Assembly (NCBI GenBank): GCA_009859145.1
Contig: VRVR01000021.1
Coordinates: 20,001 to 268,000, forward strand
Source of the DNA: Andalucia godoyi And28
Lineage: Eukaryota > Protista > Jakobida
Direction: 5' to 3'
DNA length: 248,000 bases
The notes below the pieces were generated by a model that did no database searches, was not told where the DNA came from, and worked only from the letters and a program-made list of their open reading frames with translations. How positions within the stretch are numbered: position 1 is the first letter of the stretch; each line of letters begins with the position of its first letter. A program made the position numbers and the translations under genes. This document shows, piece after piece, positions 23,738 to 35,829 of the stretch.

Positions 23738-25129
23738 ATGTTTATTTTGTTTTTTATAGAGACGTTGAAAGTGAGGTGCGGACCGAGACGGGATATGAAG
23801 AAGGATTCTTCGTTGGTATTCCCAAGTGAATGGTTAAGGGTTGTCGAGGAATCCGGTCGAGGACGATACCTTGTTGCACAGCAGTTCGTTCCAGAAGGGA
23901 CGGTAGTTTGGAGCGAGAAGGCATTTGCATGCGGAATCGATACTGATTTCTTGCGTTACGGGTGTTCGTACTGCCACTCCATGTTTGATCCGCTTGGGTT
24001 TTTGGAAACTGCAGCAACCCGCACGATGGCATCTGACGAAGAGTCTGCGTATCTGGAGCACTCTGGATTGATCTACTGTGCATCTCAGCCGCAGAGCCAT
24101 GCAGAGGAATCCATGCATTGTGTGGAGGCCGCTTCAAAAGAGACAGGTCGCGTCAATTGCACAGAGTGTCGCAGATCGTACTGCGACACGGAATGCTTCC
24201 GAAATGGTCACGCCGACCGGGAGTGCTTGCTGCTCAGCTCGTGGTACGAAGATCCTGTTACGCCGCTTATTCACAAGGACCACCAGACAGTCGCGAGACT
24301 CGTGTTGAATGGAATTGCGATGGGAAATGTATCGAAGCTTTTGTTTCTGGTTTCGAACGAAGAAGCGTTCAGTTCGGAAATGAGAATTGCGTATTCCGCA
24401 GTCGCGCAGTCCGTGATGAGGGCGGTCAAGGCGTGTGAAATGGCCCATGGAGCATTGGATGTCGACGAAAACGAGGTCTACCAAATGTGTTGTCACCAGC
24501 ATTGCAATGTTTTTGGTGCTTGGGTCAACTTCAAAGTGTCGGTGGCCACAAATGCGCTGTTCTGGTCTTCACTGTTCAATCACTCGTGTTTCCCGAATGT
24601 CGTCAAGGAAGATGCTTGGGGAGGGCTTATTCGGTTCCACGCAGTCCGGGACATCAACGCTGGCGACGCAGTCTGTATTTCGTATGTCAGTGTGTGCGAT
24701 CTGCAAAGCGTGCGGCAATCGGAGCTGTACCGCCACTATTTTTTCCACTGCGACTGCATTCGATGCCGAACATTGGACGAGAACGAGGATCACGAGGGAC
24801 TGGAGCAGCAAAAGGAAGCCAACCACTGGGTACGAATGCACAGCTGTTCTTGCGGAGGCACCTATGTCCCATATGCAAACAGGCCGCTTTCACAAGTCCC
24901 GCGCATGCACCCGGCGTTCCGCAAACTCGCGGCGGCAGATGCTCAGCACCCGGCGCATCCAGAGGAATCCTGTCCCAATGTACACCAAGTCGTCGAAGGT
25001 AAAGACGGCGTTGTTCGAGTCACGAAAGAGAAGCTCGTCTCTGGCTACATTTGCCACTATTGCTACTCGACTACCACCGTGCTTGCCGGCGAAAGACTTT
25101 GCGTCGCATCGAAGCCCAAATCCCGGTAA
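23738..25129 (+). CDS. SMYD-type SET/MYND lysine methyltransferase
   Basis: GRGRYLVA, split MYND cysteines, SLFNHSCFPN, ISY and post-SET FHCDCIRC. Confidence 0.88.
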   Translation: MFILFFIETLKVRCGPRRDMKKDSSLVFPSEWLRVVEESGRGRYLVAQQFVPEGTVVWSEKAFACGIDTDFLRYGCSYCHSMFDPLGFLETAATRTMASDEESAYLEHSGLIYCASQPQSHAEESMHCVEAASKETGRVNCTECRRSYCDTECFRNGHADRECLLLSSWYEDPVTPLIHKDHQTVARLVLNGIAMGNVSKLLFLVSNEEAFSSEMRIAYSAVAQSVMRAVKACEMAHGALDVDENEVYQMCCHQHCNVFGAWVNFKVSVATNALFWSSLFNHSCFPNVVKEDAWGGLIRFHAVRDINAGDAVCISYVSVCDLQSVRQSELYRHYFFHCDCIRCRTLDENEDHEGLEQQKEANHWVRMHSCSCGGTYVPYANRPLSQVPRMHPAFRKLAAADAQHPAHPEESCPNVHQVVEGKDGVVRVTKEKLVSGYICHYCYSTTTVLAGERLCVASKPKSR

Positions 25130-25131
25130 TA

Positions 25132-25365
25132 CCCTCCAACCCAAACCTCTCCAAATATTTGGTTCGCATGCTGCGCCTCAGACAATTTGTTATTGTTTTT
25201 TGGCGTAGAGGGACTTTTTACAATCAGCATCAGTGCCCATCATCGACTACAAGGAAATCGGTTGTCAGCACTCGACAGCGTCTCATTGGGCCTCGACCTG
25301 CACACCCTCAGCCATGCTATCCGATGGCATTCACAGCCATCCACCAGTCGTTTTAGGTTGGAGGG
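25132..25365 (+). mobile_element. Repeat family C, MITE-like copy
   Basis: ccctccaacccaaa...ttttaggttggaggg; begins 2 nt after the SMYD stop codon. Confidence 0.7.
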
Positions 25366-25551
25366 TTTTATAGTACAACGTCTCTACATCGCTGGCGGCT
25401 GTACCTGCCGCCAAACTGCTCCTCCTGCATCGGGAGAAATACTTTTGTTATAATGTCCGACGATGGACGAATCGTTGTTTTGAAAGAAAAGACGCTCCTG
25501 TTTTTTCTTTGTGTCGATCACCGATTCTTTAATAAACGTCGCATTTATAGC

Positions 25552-27025
25552 ATGTTTCGTGCTGGGCTTTCGCGGGTCGTTGCTGCTGCTGCTGCTGCTT
25601 CTCCGCAGCTAAGGATTTTTCGGTCGACTGTGCATGACCCATGGTTCAATCTCGCGACCGAAGAATGGATATTTAACCACTTGGAACCGAGTTCGCACAC
25701 TTTGTTCTTGTGGAGAAACGACAAGACAGTTTGTATTTTGTTTTGTTTTTTATAGTTCCTCTCTATGGCTGTTCGCTGTTTCGGAGTCCATTTTTTTTCT
25801 CATGAATGTTAATACGATTTGTGTTTTGTGCTTTGTGTTTTGTTTTTGGCGACGTATTTTTGTTCCCTTTCTTTTTTTGCTGCACCGAGTAGGTTGTGAT
25901 TGGGCGAAACCAGAATCCGTGGAAGGAGTGTCATTTGCAAAAGATGGAAGATGACCGTGTGCTGCTCGCGCGTCGCAAGTCTGGAGGAGGCGCTGTGTTT
26001 CAAGACCTGTATGACTTTCGGAAATTGTAATTGTGTTGGTTCGAATTGTGAGTGCAGCAAGTAGAGATGCTAACATTCGGGAAAATTTCTTGATTTTACG
26101 TCTGCTCGTTAGAGGAAACACGTGTTTCACGTTCATGTCGCCGATGGAGTCATATTCAAAGGACAACAATGGCAGAATCTTGATCGAGTCTTTGAAAGCG
26201 TTTGGGATTTCTGCCGAGGCCTCCGGGCGAAATGATCTCGTCATATCGGACACGAAGCGCAAGTTTTCAGGGTCTGCATTCAAGATCACTCGTGACCGAG
26301 CATTTCACCACGGAACGCTGCTTATCAACGTCGACATGACCGGAATGGGTAAGTATTTGAACCCGAGTAAAGCAAAGCTGCTATCCAAGGGTGTGACGTC
26401 AGTTCAGGCTCGCGTTGTGAATCTGACAGAGTTGAATCCTGCCATTTCGCACGAAGGACTGTGTTCACGCATTGAAGGTGAGTTTTGCAGGTTCTACGGT
26501 GTGGACACCAAACTCGTTGCGCGGGAAGATCTTCAGTACGAAACATTGTCGCAGATCGAAGAACTGAAGAGTTGCTACGAGTCAATGAAGGACTGGAACT
26601 GGAGGTTCGGGCAAACCCCAGACTTCACACACCATATGGAAAATAGGTTCAACTGGGCAACCATGGACGTGCAGATCGATTCTGAAAACGGCGTGATTTC
26701 GAAGATTGCTGTGTACTCGGATTCCTTGTTTCCTCTGCTTGTGGATCTACTCCGCGAGAACCTCAGGAATGCGCGGTATGATCACCACGGGATGCGTGAT
26801 GCTTTCAACAAAATTCGAGCGCAGCTACATGCACTTTCTGTTCCCGTTGAAGAGCGCACGGTGGATCTCCCAGTCCAACACATCTCGGAGGAGACCACAA
26901 AAGATCCTCGCGTCTTGTTTTCGCGGACTGTGTTGGAGGAAACGTCCATGATCTCCGCAATTGACCGTGATGGCATGCTTTCCCAGCTGGACGAGTTTGA
27001 AAACTGGTTCATTGCATCCATGTAA
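25552..27025 (+). CDS. lplA: Lipoate-protein ligase A (mitochondrial), 2 introns
   Basis: [16 protein letters not shown]|[26 protein letters not shown]|GN and RKFSGSA; GT-AG introns at about 25729-25892 and 26009-26112. Confidence 0.93.
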
Positions 27026-27226
27026 TAATGCTACAAGGAAGAGTCGTATTCTGGGACACCTTTTTCTTACACACACACACACACACACAAAGAAATACAA
27101 ACTGTGACTATTACTGCAGCGGGGTGCTGCTATTGTAGACAACTAAAAGGAACGATCGAACGGGTGGGTTGGTCACAGTAGCGACCGCTGCTGTTGCGAT
27201 TGTTGCTGATTTTCGGAAAGTAACAC

Positions 27227-28396
27227 TCACGCAACACCGTACAAAAACAAGAGAGGAACATAAAATCTCTGTGACCAGTATACCTCTGAGTGCTGAGCAC
27301 CATCCGCTACGTAGTGCATGGCGGTCACATTGGCTCTCCAGCCTGTCTGAATCAAGTCCTGAAACACGCTCTCCGTCTGCACAACATCATCGTTATCGGG
27401 TCCAGCGTTCCCGGAATCAACGTAGACGACCGAGCCTGCCGAAAGTGCGTCTTTCCCATACATTGGCAGGATGGTGTTCCTGAAATCTTCAGAATTCCAC
27501 CAGAAGGAGGAAGACATGCAACCGGCAAATGGAAACACATGCGGCCGAGTCATCGCTGCGTAGCAAGAGACCAGACCGCCAAGGGAGCTTCCCAGAATGC
27601 CCATGCTGCCCGCCAGTCTCGAGAATCTCGGGTACCGCTCGAACGCAGCAGGAACCACAGTCTGCACGATAAAGTCCAGATAAGAGTCGGCCTTCCCACC
27701 CTGCCCGACGGTTGGATCCACCGAGTACGTGAGTTCATCGATGCGGTCCGCAGTGTTGTCCACAGCAACCACCATGATTTCATGCATCTTCTCCCCCATA
27801 ATCAAGCCATCCAGTGTTTCTTGTGCATGCCACGAGTTCCCCATGAACGCCGTGCTCGCATTAAACACGTTCTGCCCATCGTGCATGATGAGCAAAGGGA
27901 AGTCCGTTCTGTATGGATTCTCGACGAACGATGGCGGCAAATAGACGACGAGGTCTCTCGAGTTGTTCAGCTGTTCCGAGAACACATCCCTGACATAAAC
28001 GTACGATCCACGAGAACTGTAAAAGAACGGGTACACTCTGCACAGCGAACTCGTCGCCAACGGGTCTGACCGGACCGGAAAGCAATACGAGTTCGGACCC
28101 AGCTGCCAATCGGAGTCTCCCACGAGAACTTTGAGCGCAAGTCCCGTGTCACACGCTGCACGAAGCACAGTGCTCCACAAGTCGTTGTTGGACGACGATC
28201 GGGACAGCAGCATTCCGCTCTTCCAATTCAGCCCGTTCCCAGAACCGCGGAGATATAGCAATGCCGAGTCGTGCAGCAACGAGTGATCGTACCACACTTC
28301 AACAGTACATGACGCCGCCGCCGACGACGATGGCCGGAGGAAAAGTCCAAGAACCACCAGAAGGATCGCATGCGCATACTGTCGTCCGCCCATCAT
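27227..28396 (-). CDS. Secreted alpha/beta-hydrolase (IroE/Fes-type esterase) with CBM20-like N-terminal module
   Basis: YLRGSGNGLNW..G, VYLPPS, MHDGQNVF and GSSLGGL motifs. Confidence 0.8.
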   Translation of the reverse strand: MMGGRQYAHAILLVVLGLFLRPSSSAAASCTVEVWYDHSLLHDSALLYLRGSGNGLNWKSGMLLSRSSSNNDLWSTVLRAACDTGLALKVLVGDSDWQLGPNSYCFPVRSDPLATSSLCRVYPFFYSSRGSYVYVRDVFSEQLNNSRDLVVYLPPSFVENPYRTDFPLLIMHDGQNVFNASTAFMGNSWHAQETLDGLIMGEKMHEIMVVAVDNTADRIDELTYSVDPTVGQGGKADSYLDFIVQTVVPAAFERYPRFSRLAGSMGILGSSLGGLVSCYAAMTRPHVFPFAGCMSSSFWWNSEDFRNTILPMYGKDALSAGSVVYVDSGNAGPDNDDVVQTESVFQDLIQTGWRANVTAMHYVADGAQHSEVYWSQRFYVPLLFLYGVA

Positions 28397-28642
28397 CCTC
28401 TTGTTTTTTTTTTTCTTTTTTTCTTTTTCCTGCGTCTCCCAGTGCCGCTGCCAAGAACTGCCCCGCAGCGGATGTATCCTGTTCTGCAAACGTTTGCAGC
28501 CCTTGCACAGGACCTTCCGGAAAAAGGGAAGCCAGGAAAACCACTGTAGTCCAGAGGGAATCGACACATGTCAACTCGTACCTCTTGAGGTTGAAAACTC
28601 CGGAAGAGCTGACGCAAGCGTCGACTGTCGAGCACTGACATA

Positions 28643-29128
28643 TTGGAGTGGTTGGACACGGGGCGATGGGAAGTCGGTGGAGAGAAGGAAATGGCGGAGA
28701 GGAGCGTTCGAGTGTTTGATATCTGTGGGTACTTTACGGGCCGTTACGAGGGTCATGGAATCGAACTTGTGCATGTGCACGAAGACGGGGAAAAGTACAT
28801 TGGCACAAAAGTGATTGGCGATCTCAACGTTCCGTCGGGATGCGTGTCCTTTGAAGTTCCCTACAGGCTAGTCATCACCGACCCGTCGCCCATGGCAGAA
28901 GCAGCGGGGCTTGCAGCGCATGGATTTCCGGGCGTTGCGATTGCGCTGAGTGATGGACACGGTTACATTGCAGAGCGGTTTCATCGCAACCCCGCCCGAA
29001 TTCCAGGTTCGATTGTCGTGCATTCGTCGAATTCGTTTACGTTTACATGGTCTGCGCTTGGATCCATTTTCTTTTCCCGAGTTCAAGACTATCCGCTCCA
29101 GCCGGTATCCACCGCACACTGCTCTTAG
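28643..29128 (+). CDS. Cyclin-D1-binding-domain (DUF3506-like) protein
   Basis: GRYEGHGIELV and GTKVIGDLNVPSG match this domain. Confidence 0.6.
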   Translation: MEWLDTGRWEVGGEKEMAERSVRVFDICGYFTGRYEGHGIELVHVHEDGEKYIGTKVIGDLNVPSGCVSFEVPYRLVITDPSPMAEAAGLAAHGFPGVAIALSDGHGYIAERFHRNPARIPGSIVVHSSNSFTFTWSALGSIFFSRVQDYPLQPVSTAHCS

Positions 29129-29246
29129 GGGTAATTTTTCGTTCGTCTTTTAACTGCTGCTCTCAACACACACATACACACACATACACACACGTGCAGA
29201 AGGACGCACAAGATCCAAATGCAGAAGACGGATGTCGGACCCGCGG

Positions 29247-30239
29247 TTACTCGCCAAGAGCCTGTTTCCGCTCTTCGATGAGCTCGGCCTGTGTCTTGTT
29301 CAGCATGTCTCTGGAGAATTGGTCAATGTCGAGACCCGGGACGATTCTCCATTCGCCGTTTGCACACTGCACCGGGAACGAGAAGATGAGGCCCTTTTCA
29401 ACGCCATACTCTCCCTTTGAGACAACAGCCATGGACACATACTCGCCCTCCTTTGTGCCGAGGACCCAGTCGTGCATGTGGTCGGCGATGGCATGAGCAG
29501 CCGACGCAGCAGACGACAGCTGTCGAGCCTTGATAACTGCGGCTCCGCGCTGCTGAACACACTTGATAAAATCAGAGTGCAACCAGGTCTGGTCGGTCTC
29601 TCCATTCAGAACGGTGTTCACGGAGCCTCGTCCTGCAATCTCGCCGTGCGAAACATCTGGATACTGAGTCGAGGAATGGTTGCCCCAGATGACAACGTTC
29701 TTCACATCCCCCGGGTTCGCCTTTGCGCGGATGGCAATCTGTCCCTTGGCGCGGTTATGGTCAAGGCGAGTCAGCGCAGTCACGTTTTCCGCAGGAATGT
29801 CCTTTGCATATCGTGACAAGATGAGCGCATTGGTGTTGGCCGGGTTTCCGACCACGACAATCTTTGCAGTCTTCTTTGCAACCTTGTTGAGGATCTCGCC
29901 TTGTGCTTTGAAGATGCCGCAGTTTTTCTCCAGAAGATCCTTGCGCTCCATTCCGTCCTTGCGCGGGAATGCACCGAGGAACAGACCGTAGTCGATATCC
30001 TTGAATGCCACCTCTGGGTTGTCCGTCGCGACGACTCCCGCAACAAGCGGATACGCGCAGTCTTCAATCTCCATCACCACTCCAGAAAGCACAGTCATCG
30101 CCGGCGCAATGTCTAGCAAGTGCAGAATCACCGGCTGCGAAGGCCCAAACACTCGACCCGAGCACACAAGCGGGATCAGCGAGTATGCAATTTGGCCAGC
30201 CGCACCAGTAATCACAATGCGCACAGGGGAGCTCGACAT
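29247..30239 (-). CDS. MDH1: Cytosolic malate dehydrogenase
   Basis: TGAAGQIAYSL, GAFPRKDGMERKDLL, VVGNPANTN, LTRLDHNRA and IWGNHSSTQYPD. Confidence 0.97.
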   Translation of the reverse strand: MSSSPVRIVITGAAGQIAYSLIPLVCSGRVFGPSQPVILHLLDIAPAMTVLSGVVMEIEDCAYPLVAGVVATDNPEVAFKDIDYGLFLGAFPRKDGMERKDLLEKNCGIFKAQGEILNKVAKKTAKIVVVGNPANTNALILSRYAKDIPAENVTALTRLDHNRAKGQIAIRAKANPGDVKNVVIWGNHSSTQYPDVSHGEIAGRGSVNTVLNGETDQTWLHSDFIKCVQQRGAAVIKARQLSSAASAAHAIADHMHDWVLGTKEGEYVSMAVVSKGEYGVEKGLIFSFPVQCANGEWRIVPGLDIDQFSRDMLNKTQAELIEERKQALGE

Positions 30240-31056
30240 GTTTTCAGAAACCGAAAGCGCAGAATGGTTGGATTTCTAAAATCAACAATAAAATTTAAAA
30301 AAACAAACGAACGAAACAAAACAATTAAAAAATTAATTAAAAAAATTGATATTCAAAGAAAACGTCAGAACACAGAAAAGAAGTCGAAAAGGTTCAAGTA
30401 AAGAGTATATATATAATTGGGGGAAAGGAAAGCACGCTGCTGGGCCGATGGAAAAACAGTCGCCAGTTGACTGACATGACAGCTGACATTGGAGGAGGGG
30501 GCCGTGCAGTTCTGTGCCAGCTGTACTGAAAACCGGACAAACACAAAAACACTAAGAGATGCATACGGAAGAGGAAGATGAGGGATTGAGATGCGATGCA
30601 ATGATGCGAAGACGGTGCGTTTGCGCAAAGGACATTGATACAAATGACAAAAAAAAAAGAAAAAATTAAATTTAAAAAAATTAAAACAGATAATCAATGT
30701 ACACCTCCAACAAAACGAAGCAGGAAACAAAAATGAAACGCTGAAATGATGAAGAAGGGAAAAAGGGAAAAGGGGGAAAAGGAAAACATATGAAAAGGCT
30801 GGAGAAGAGAAAATATCACAAAAAAGGAAAAAGTGGATCCATGAAGCGCCTGCAGGGGTTGATGCTTTGTCCTCGATGTAGATAAATTCCCCGACAGCCA
30901 GCCCCGACAGACAACGATGGGACATTGGGAAGTGGGAAACGATTCAGGACAGTCTGGTGCGAGAATATTGGGTGGTCAGCGGGACTTGGCCGAGGGTTTT
31001 TTTTCTTTTCTTTTTTTTTTTTTTTTGATTTTGGGTTGTGAAGAGGGCGGGGGAGG

Positions 31057-32013
31057 ATGATGCGAGTATCAACGAGCTGGCTGTCCTCTGTGATCCTGTC
31101 CAAGTCGGCGGGTGGTGGTGTTGTTCGTGTGATTGATGCATCGTGGCACATGCCTTCTGCGAACCGGAATGCACGCACCGAGTATTTTGCAAAACACATT
31201 CCTTTTGCTTCGTTTGTGGACATTGACCACGTGTCAGATACATCGTCGTCGTATCCACACATGATGCCCACTGCCGCGCACTTTGCAGAGTGCATGTCTG
31301 CGCTCCGCATCCGGGATTCGGACACGATTGTCGTGTATGACTCTGTGGGCATCTTCTCTGCACCTCGGCTCTACTGGATGTTTCGGGCATTCCAGCACAA
31401 GGGAGACGTCTCGATCTTGGATGGAGGGCTGCCAAAATGGGTCCGCGACGGATACGGCGTCGAGTCGTCTGCGATCCGCGAAACCGCTCCTATGGGTGTT
31501 GTGTGCCATAGTGCGTATGATGCTGCTTCGTCGGCTACGTACTCGTATCCCGTGCCAAAGCTGAACACCGGGCTGATTAAGACGCTCGGGCAGATGCAGT
31601 CTCTGAGTTTGCAACTTTGTGGAAATGAAAGTGGAGTGTCGGCTGCGGAGAACGTAGTCGTTTTGGACGCAAGATCGGCAGATCGGTTCTATGGCAGACA
31701 GCCAGAACCGCGACCAGGTCTTCCTGCGGGACACATGCCTGGCGCAAAGAACGTGCCATTCGGTTCCGTGTTGACAACAACTGGAGAGTTCAAGAGCCCC
31801 GATGAGCTCAAGACGGTGTTTGCTGCTCGTGGAGTGCGCCTTGAGGATCCGGAGCAGCACGTGGTGCTATCGTGCGGGTCGGGGGTGACTGCATGCGTCC
31901 TGTTCAGTGCACTGGAGATTGCTGGGGTTGACCGTGCGAGAATGGCTGTGTATGACGGTTCGTACTCGGAATGGGCTGCGCAAAAGGACGCCCCGATCTC
32001 CACAGCAGACTAG
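31057..32013 (+). CDS. MPST: Tandem-rhodanese sulfurtransferase (MPST/TST)
   Basis: IDASWHMP, LDGGLPKW, DARSADRF, GHMPGA, SCGSGVTAC and YDGSYSEW. Confidence 0.9.
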   Translation: MMRVSTSWLSSVILSKSAGGGVVRVIDASWHMPSANRNARTEYFAKHIPFASFVDIDHVSDTSSSYPHMMPTAAHFAECMSALRIRDSDTIVVYDSVGIFSAPRLYWMFRAFQHKGDVSILDGGLPKWVRDGYGVESSAIRETAPMGVVCHSAYDAASSATYSYPVPKLNTGLIKTLGQMQSLSLQLCGNESGVSAAENVVVLDARSADRFYGRQPEPRPGLPAGHMPGAKNVPFGSVLTTTGEFKSPDELKTVFAARGVRLEDPEQHVVLSCGSGVTACVLFSALEIAGVDRARMAVYDGSYSEWAAQKDAPISTAD

Positions 32014-32315
32014 GGAAAACAAAAAATGCTTGTTCCTTCCCTCCGCCTTCAGTTCCCGCAGGCTTGCCAAAAACCATGTCGAAATCAATGGCCAATGACA
32101 TAAATGCCAAACAAAATAAGGATGGTTATCATTTAATGTTTTTATATGTGTTTTCTGTTGTTGTTATTGTTTTGTTGTTGTTTTTTAACAGTAAAAAATG
32201 CTAAAATAAAGAAGAGAGAGCGTGTGTCTTACGGAACTCTGCATATTCATCATGCTGTTTGGAGAAACCCATTCTCGTATTCAGGAATTCACGATCGGGT
32301 TGGGAACCAGCAAGA

Positions 32316-34553
32316 TCAGACGGGGGCCGGCTCCCTGCGGCGGGCGATGAAATCCAGTTCCACATCTTCATCGTCCGTCGCAACATGCACGATGCCGGAT
32401 CCGGTTGGAAGAGGCCCGGAGGACGATAGGCGCGCGCCGTGCGTGCGGTGCTGGACAGCCGGCTTCCCATACTGAGTACGATGATCATCGGCAAACAGCG
32501 GGTCATACGCGTCGTCAGTCGACAGCGCTCCCCAGCCAATTACCTTCGAGATGGAAGATTCCGCCGACGTAACTGACACCGAGTCCAGACGAGATGCAGC
32601 GGCTGCTCGAACGGCAGCTGACTTGGGACGATATGAGGAAACTGGGCGGCGTTTTGACGAATTGGGTTTCAGCGTCGTCGTGTCTGCGGACGAAGCAGTC
32701 ATTGAGATTGTCGAAACCACCGGAGACGCAGCCTTCGGAGTCCCGCGCGAGGCTGCCCCGGGGGGAACGGCTGCGACGAACTGGGGCGTTTGAGACGACT
32801 GCTGCGGTATGAGCGCCAGCGAGGAATCTGGCAACCGAGACGCCACTGCCGAATGAGGCCGCAGAGCGATCGGCTGGTTCTGGGCGTCCAGTGAAATGGT
32901 CCTGGCGGTGGATCGGGCATTCGACTTCACAGCATGGAGAATAGCAGACGGGCTTGCTGCATGGAACTTCGTAGTGATAGGCGAGTTGCCGGTGACCAAG
33001 ACTTCTTTTCGCACGATTTGCACAGACGGATTCATGGGTTTGCGATGTGACGCAGGCGGGCTGGACGCTCGACCAGCTGACACCAATGAATCAGCTCCGA
33101 AGCCTGATAGTGCATTCTCTGACGCCGACGACTCCGGTCGTTGGACGATTTGAGGCTTGTCAACGGGAACCAGATGCAAGACATCCCGGGGTGGAGAACT
33201 CGTCCGGTGCTCAGCCGATGCAAACTGTGCAATTCGACGAGGCGACGCGAACCGAACGTTTGGGGCCAGAATGGGATTGTTCTTTGAAACAGAGAACGCT
33301 CCCATGAGCACAAGATTCGACGATGTCTGTCGCGTTGCATGGCCGACGGTCTTGTTTCGCAATGTTTCTGGGATGCAAATATCAGATTCCGTATATCTGC
33401 GTCCAGAAGCCCGCGAGTCCTCTGCGTTGCTACGAAAAGTATCCGCACATTCCGAGCCCAAAACATCATCTCCGTCGCCTCGATCCTGATTTGCCCACGG
33501 TGACAGGTCCAGTAATGACACAGAATCTTTCTTCACCAACTTTGGAATCTTCTTTTTCGTCTTCTTCTTTTGCAGCGTCGCTTGTGTTTCGAGACTGTGG
33601 TGTGACGCCGGGCTGGTACTCCCAGAGCCCCGCAGTATTGATGCAGATTTTGATCGTGCAAGCTCCGGAGACACTCGAGAGGGAGATCTGCGCTTCGGAG
33701 AGCGTTCATTTGCAGGAGAAACGCCTTGCAACGACGAAGCATTGGATGCATCATAGTGAGAAGACAAATCGCTGGCAAACGACGGATGGGCAAGGTACGA
33801 CCCTGCAAGCGCAGACACCGGCCGGCTTGTGGCTGCACCAGGATCCTTGCTCTGCAGTCGAGGAACGCTGTCTGCTGCTGCACTCGCCCTTGTTCTTCTT
33901 CCCACCTTTTTTGACGTAAGCTCCCCGTCTTTGAATCGCTCATCTCTTCCATACTTGGCGACCAGGAAGTGTTCTTCATCCGACGATTGCACACCGTCGC
34001 TGTTCTCTGCATCTCGATCTCCCGAACCGGGTTTTTGAAACAGCAGCTTTTCAATTTCGAGCTGAACTCCATGCATCGTCGCAAATCTTTCTTTCGCCGG
34101 CAATGCTTGGAACTGCGGAGAAAACGGATGCACTTCTGTTTTTCCCGCCGCTTGCTCCTGTGCAGGCTTCTTGTTCGTCTGTTCAATATCCAAATCCTGG
34201 AGCGTGAAGGTCAGCGTTTGGGTCTCTCGATCGCGCAGCACTGGGCCTGAGAGAGGCGCAATAGGAGGCCTCTGTGCATGCAGCCGCGACATCGCGACAG
34301 CAGAAGTCCACATCCCCAGCAACGACGAGCCGAATGAAGTTGCATCTGCGTCCGACACAATATCGGAAATGTCGGCCACGCCTTGCAATCTTTGCAGCGA
34401 GTCGCAAAACAGACGAATGCAATACGCAGAGTTGATCGCATTGCGGTTCCGAGTCGGCTGTGTCGGACCCTGATAATCCAGCACCAGAGCCGCAAACGCC
34501 TTTTCCATCGCCTTGCAATACGCATCAATCATTGCCGCAGCACCTGTGATCAC
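32316..34553 (-). CDS. Hypothetical Ser/Ala-rich disordered protein
   Basis: 745-aa ORF; no family recognised. Confidence 0.5.
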   Translation of the reverse strand: MITGAAAMIDAYCKAMEKAFAALVLDYQGPTQPTRNRNAINSAYCIRLFCDSLQRLQGVADISDIVSDADATSFGSSLLGMWTSAVAMSRLHAQRPPIAPLSGPVLRDRETQTLTFTLQDLDIEQTNKKPAQEQAAGKTEVHPFSPQFQALPAKERFATMHGVQLEIEKLLFQKPGSGDRDAENSDGVQSSDEEHFLVAKYGRDERFKDGELTSKKVGRRTRASAAADSVPRLQSKDPGAATSRPVSALAGSYLAHPSFASDLSSHYDASNASSLQGVSPANERSPKRRSPSRVSPELARSKSASILRGSGSTSPASHHSLETQATLQKKKTKKKIPKLVKKDSVSLLDLSPWANQDRGDGDDVLGSECADTFRSNAEDSRASGRRYTESDICIPETLRNKTVGHATRQTSSNLVLMGAFSVSKNNPILAPNVRFASPRRIAQFASAEHRTSSPPRDVLHLVPVDKPQIVQRPESSASENALSGFGADSLVSAGRASSPPASHRKPMNPSVQIVRKEVLVTGNSPITTKFHAASPSAILHAVKSNARSTARTISLDAQNQPIALRPHSAVASRLPDSSLALIPQQSSQTPQFVAAVPPGAASRGTPKAASPVVSTISMTASSADTTTLKPNSSKRRPVSSYRPKSAAVRAAAASRLDSVSVTSAESSISKVIGWGALSTDDAYDPLFADDHRTQYGKPAVQHRTHGARLSSSGPLPTGSGIVHVATDDEDVELDFIARRREPAPV

Positions 34554-34554
34554 C

Positions 34555-34596
<42 letters not shown>

Positions 34597-35325
34597 AAGT
34601 TGAACTTGGTTCTGTCGCTACGACTTTGAGCAGAGAGAGACACGGAGGGAAAAGACCAGCAAAAAGAAGAAGAAAGAAACGGCTCGAAAAGAAGGAAAAA
34701 AGTCGTTTTGAAAAAGCACGAGGTGGTTCGTTAACCCTTTTTGTTCTCATTTTTTTTTCCCTTTTGGATGAACGTCAGTCTTGTCTGCTCGCATCAGGTC
34801 GAAGCAGGAATGACTAATAAAAATAATATGTATAAAATAAGAAAGAAAGGGAAAAAAAATCGGATAGGAAACAGTAAAAGTGTGGATTCGAAAGAAAAGA
34901 CATGACGTACAGCAGCTTTTTTTTTCTCTCTCATACTCTTTTTTTCTTTTCTCTGTTCATACCTTTTGTTGTTGGCTCGTTTTCACGAAACTACTTGAGT
35001 TCGGTTGAGAAGGAAATGTCGGATATGAGCTGAATGATGAAATTTAATGGATTATCTACGCTTTCATATATTCAAATGTTCTTTTACTCTGTATTTGTTT
35101 TGGGTTTTCCTTTCTCCTTTTCTCTTTTATTTTTTTGTTCATTTATTAATTTTTTTGATTATTTAAAAGTACGCTTTTCCTGCAAGCGCCGTAGATTCCA
35201 GCTCGTCTGGGTTTCCAACAGACGCAAAACACACACACACATACATACACATACCACACGCGCGCGAGCAGAAAAGGGAACGAGAGAGAGAGAGAGAAAA
35301 GGGAACAGAGAACAGAAGAACAGGG

Positions 35326-35829
35326 ATGGCATCGCCAATAAAAGGCAATTTTGCTGGAGAAGGCCTGACGACGAATACGCAAGCGCGGATATTCCAAGGG
35401 CTTCAGAAGAAGCAAAAGTGCGCACTTTGCGACGTGACGTTTTTTATGGACGGGCTTCCTGGGGCAGTGTCGTACAAATCTGTGTTTGAGCTGCGCCGGC
35501 GGTGGCAGAAGGGCCAGGATTCGTCGCCGCTTTCAAGAAGAGCAGCAGGAAAAATGTATGATAAGGCCGCAGTCTGCATTTTTTGCTTGCAGTTCTTCCT
35601 TGAAGGGTACACAAACGAAAACACGGCGTCCTTTGAGTACAGACAGGCAGAGACACAAAGACTCGCACCGGCTTCTCCAAGTCATGGCGAAAGACCGCGG
35701 TCGCCTGCATCCACACCATCGACTCCGATGCTAATGAGCAGGTCACACAGTCCATCCGGAAGGCCATCGAGCAGACAGCAGTCCGTCACGGGAACGCGAT
35801 CCGTAGTAGTTTCACCCAAGTATCAGTAG
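35326..35829 (+). CDS. Small hypothetical protein with two CxxC pairs
   Basis: CALC...VCIFCLQFF; 167 aa. Confidence 0.5.
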   Translation: MASPIKGNFAGEGLTTNTQARIFQGLQKKQKCALCDVTFFMDGLPGAVSYKSVFELRRRWQKGQDSSPLSRRAAGKMYDKAAVCIFCLQFFLEGYTNENTASFEYRQAETQRLAPASPSHGERPRSPASTPSTPMLMSRSHSPSGRPSSRQQSVTGTRSVVVSPKYQ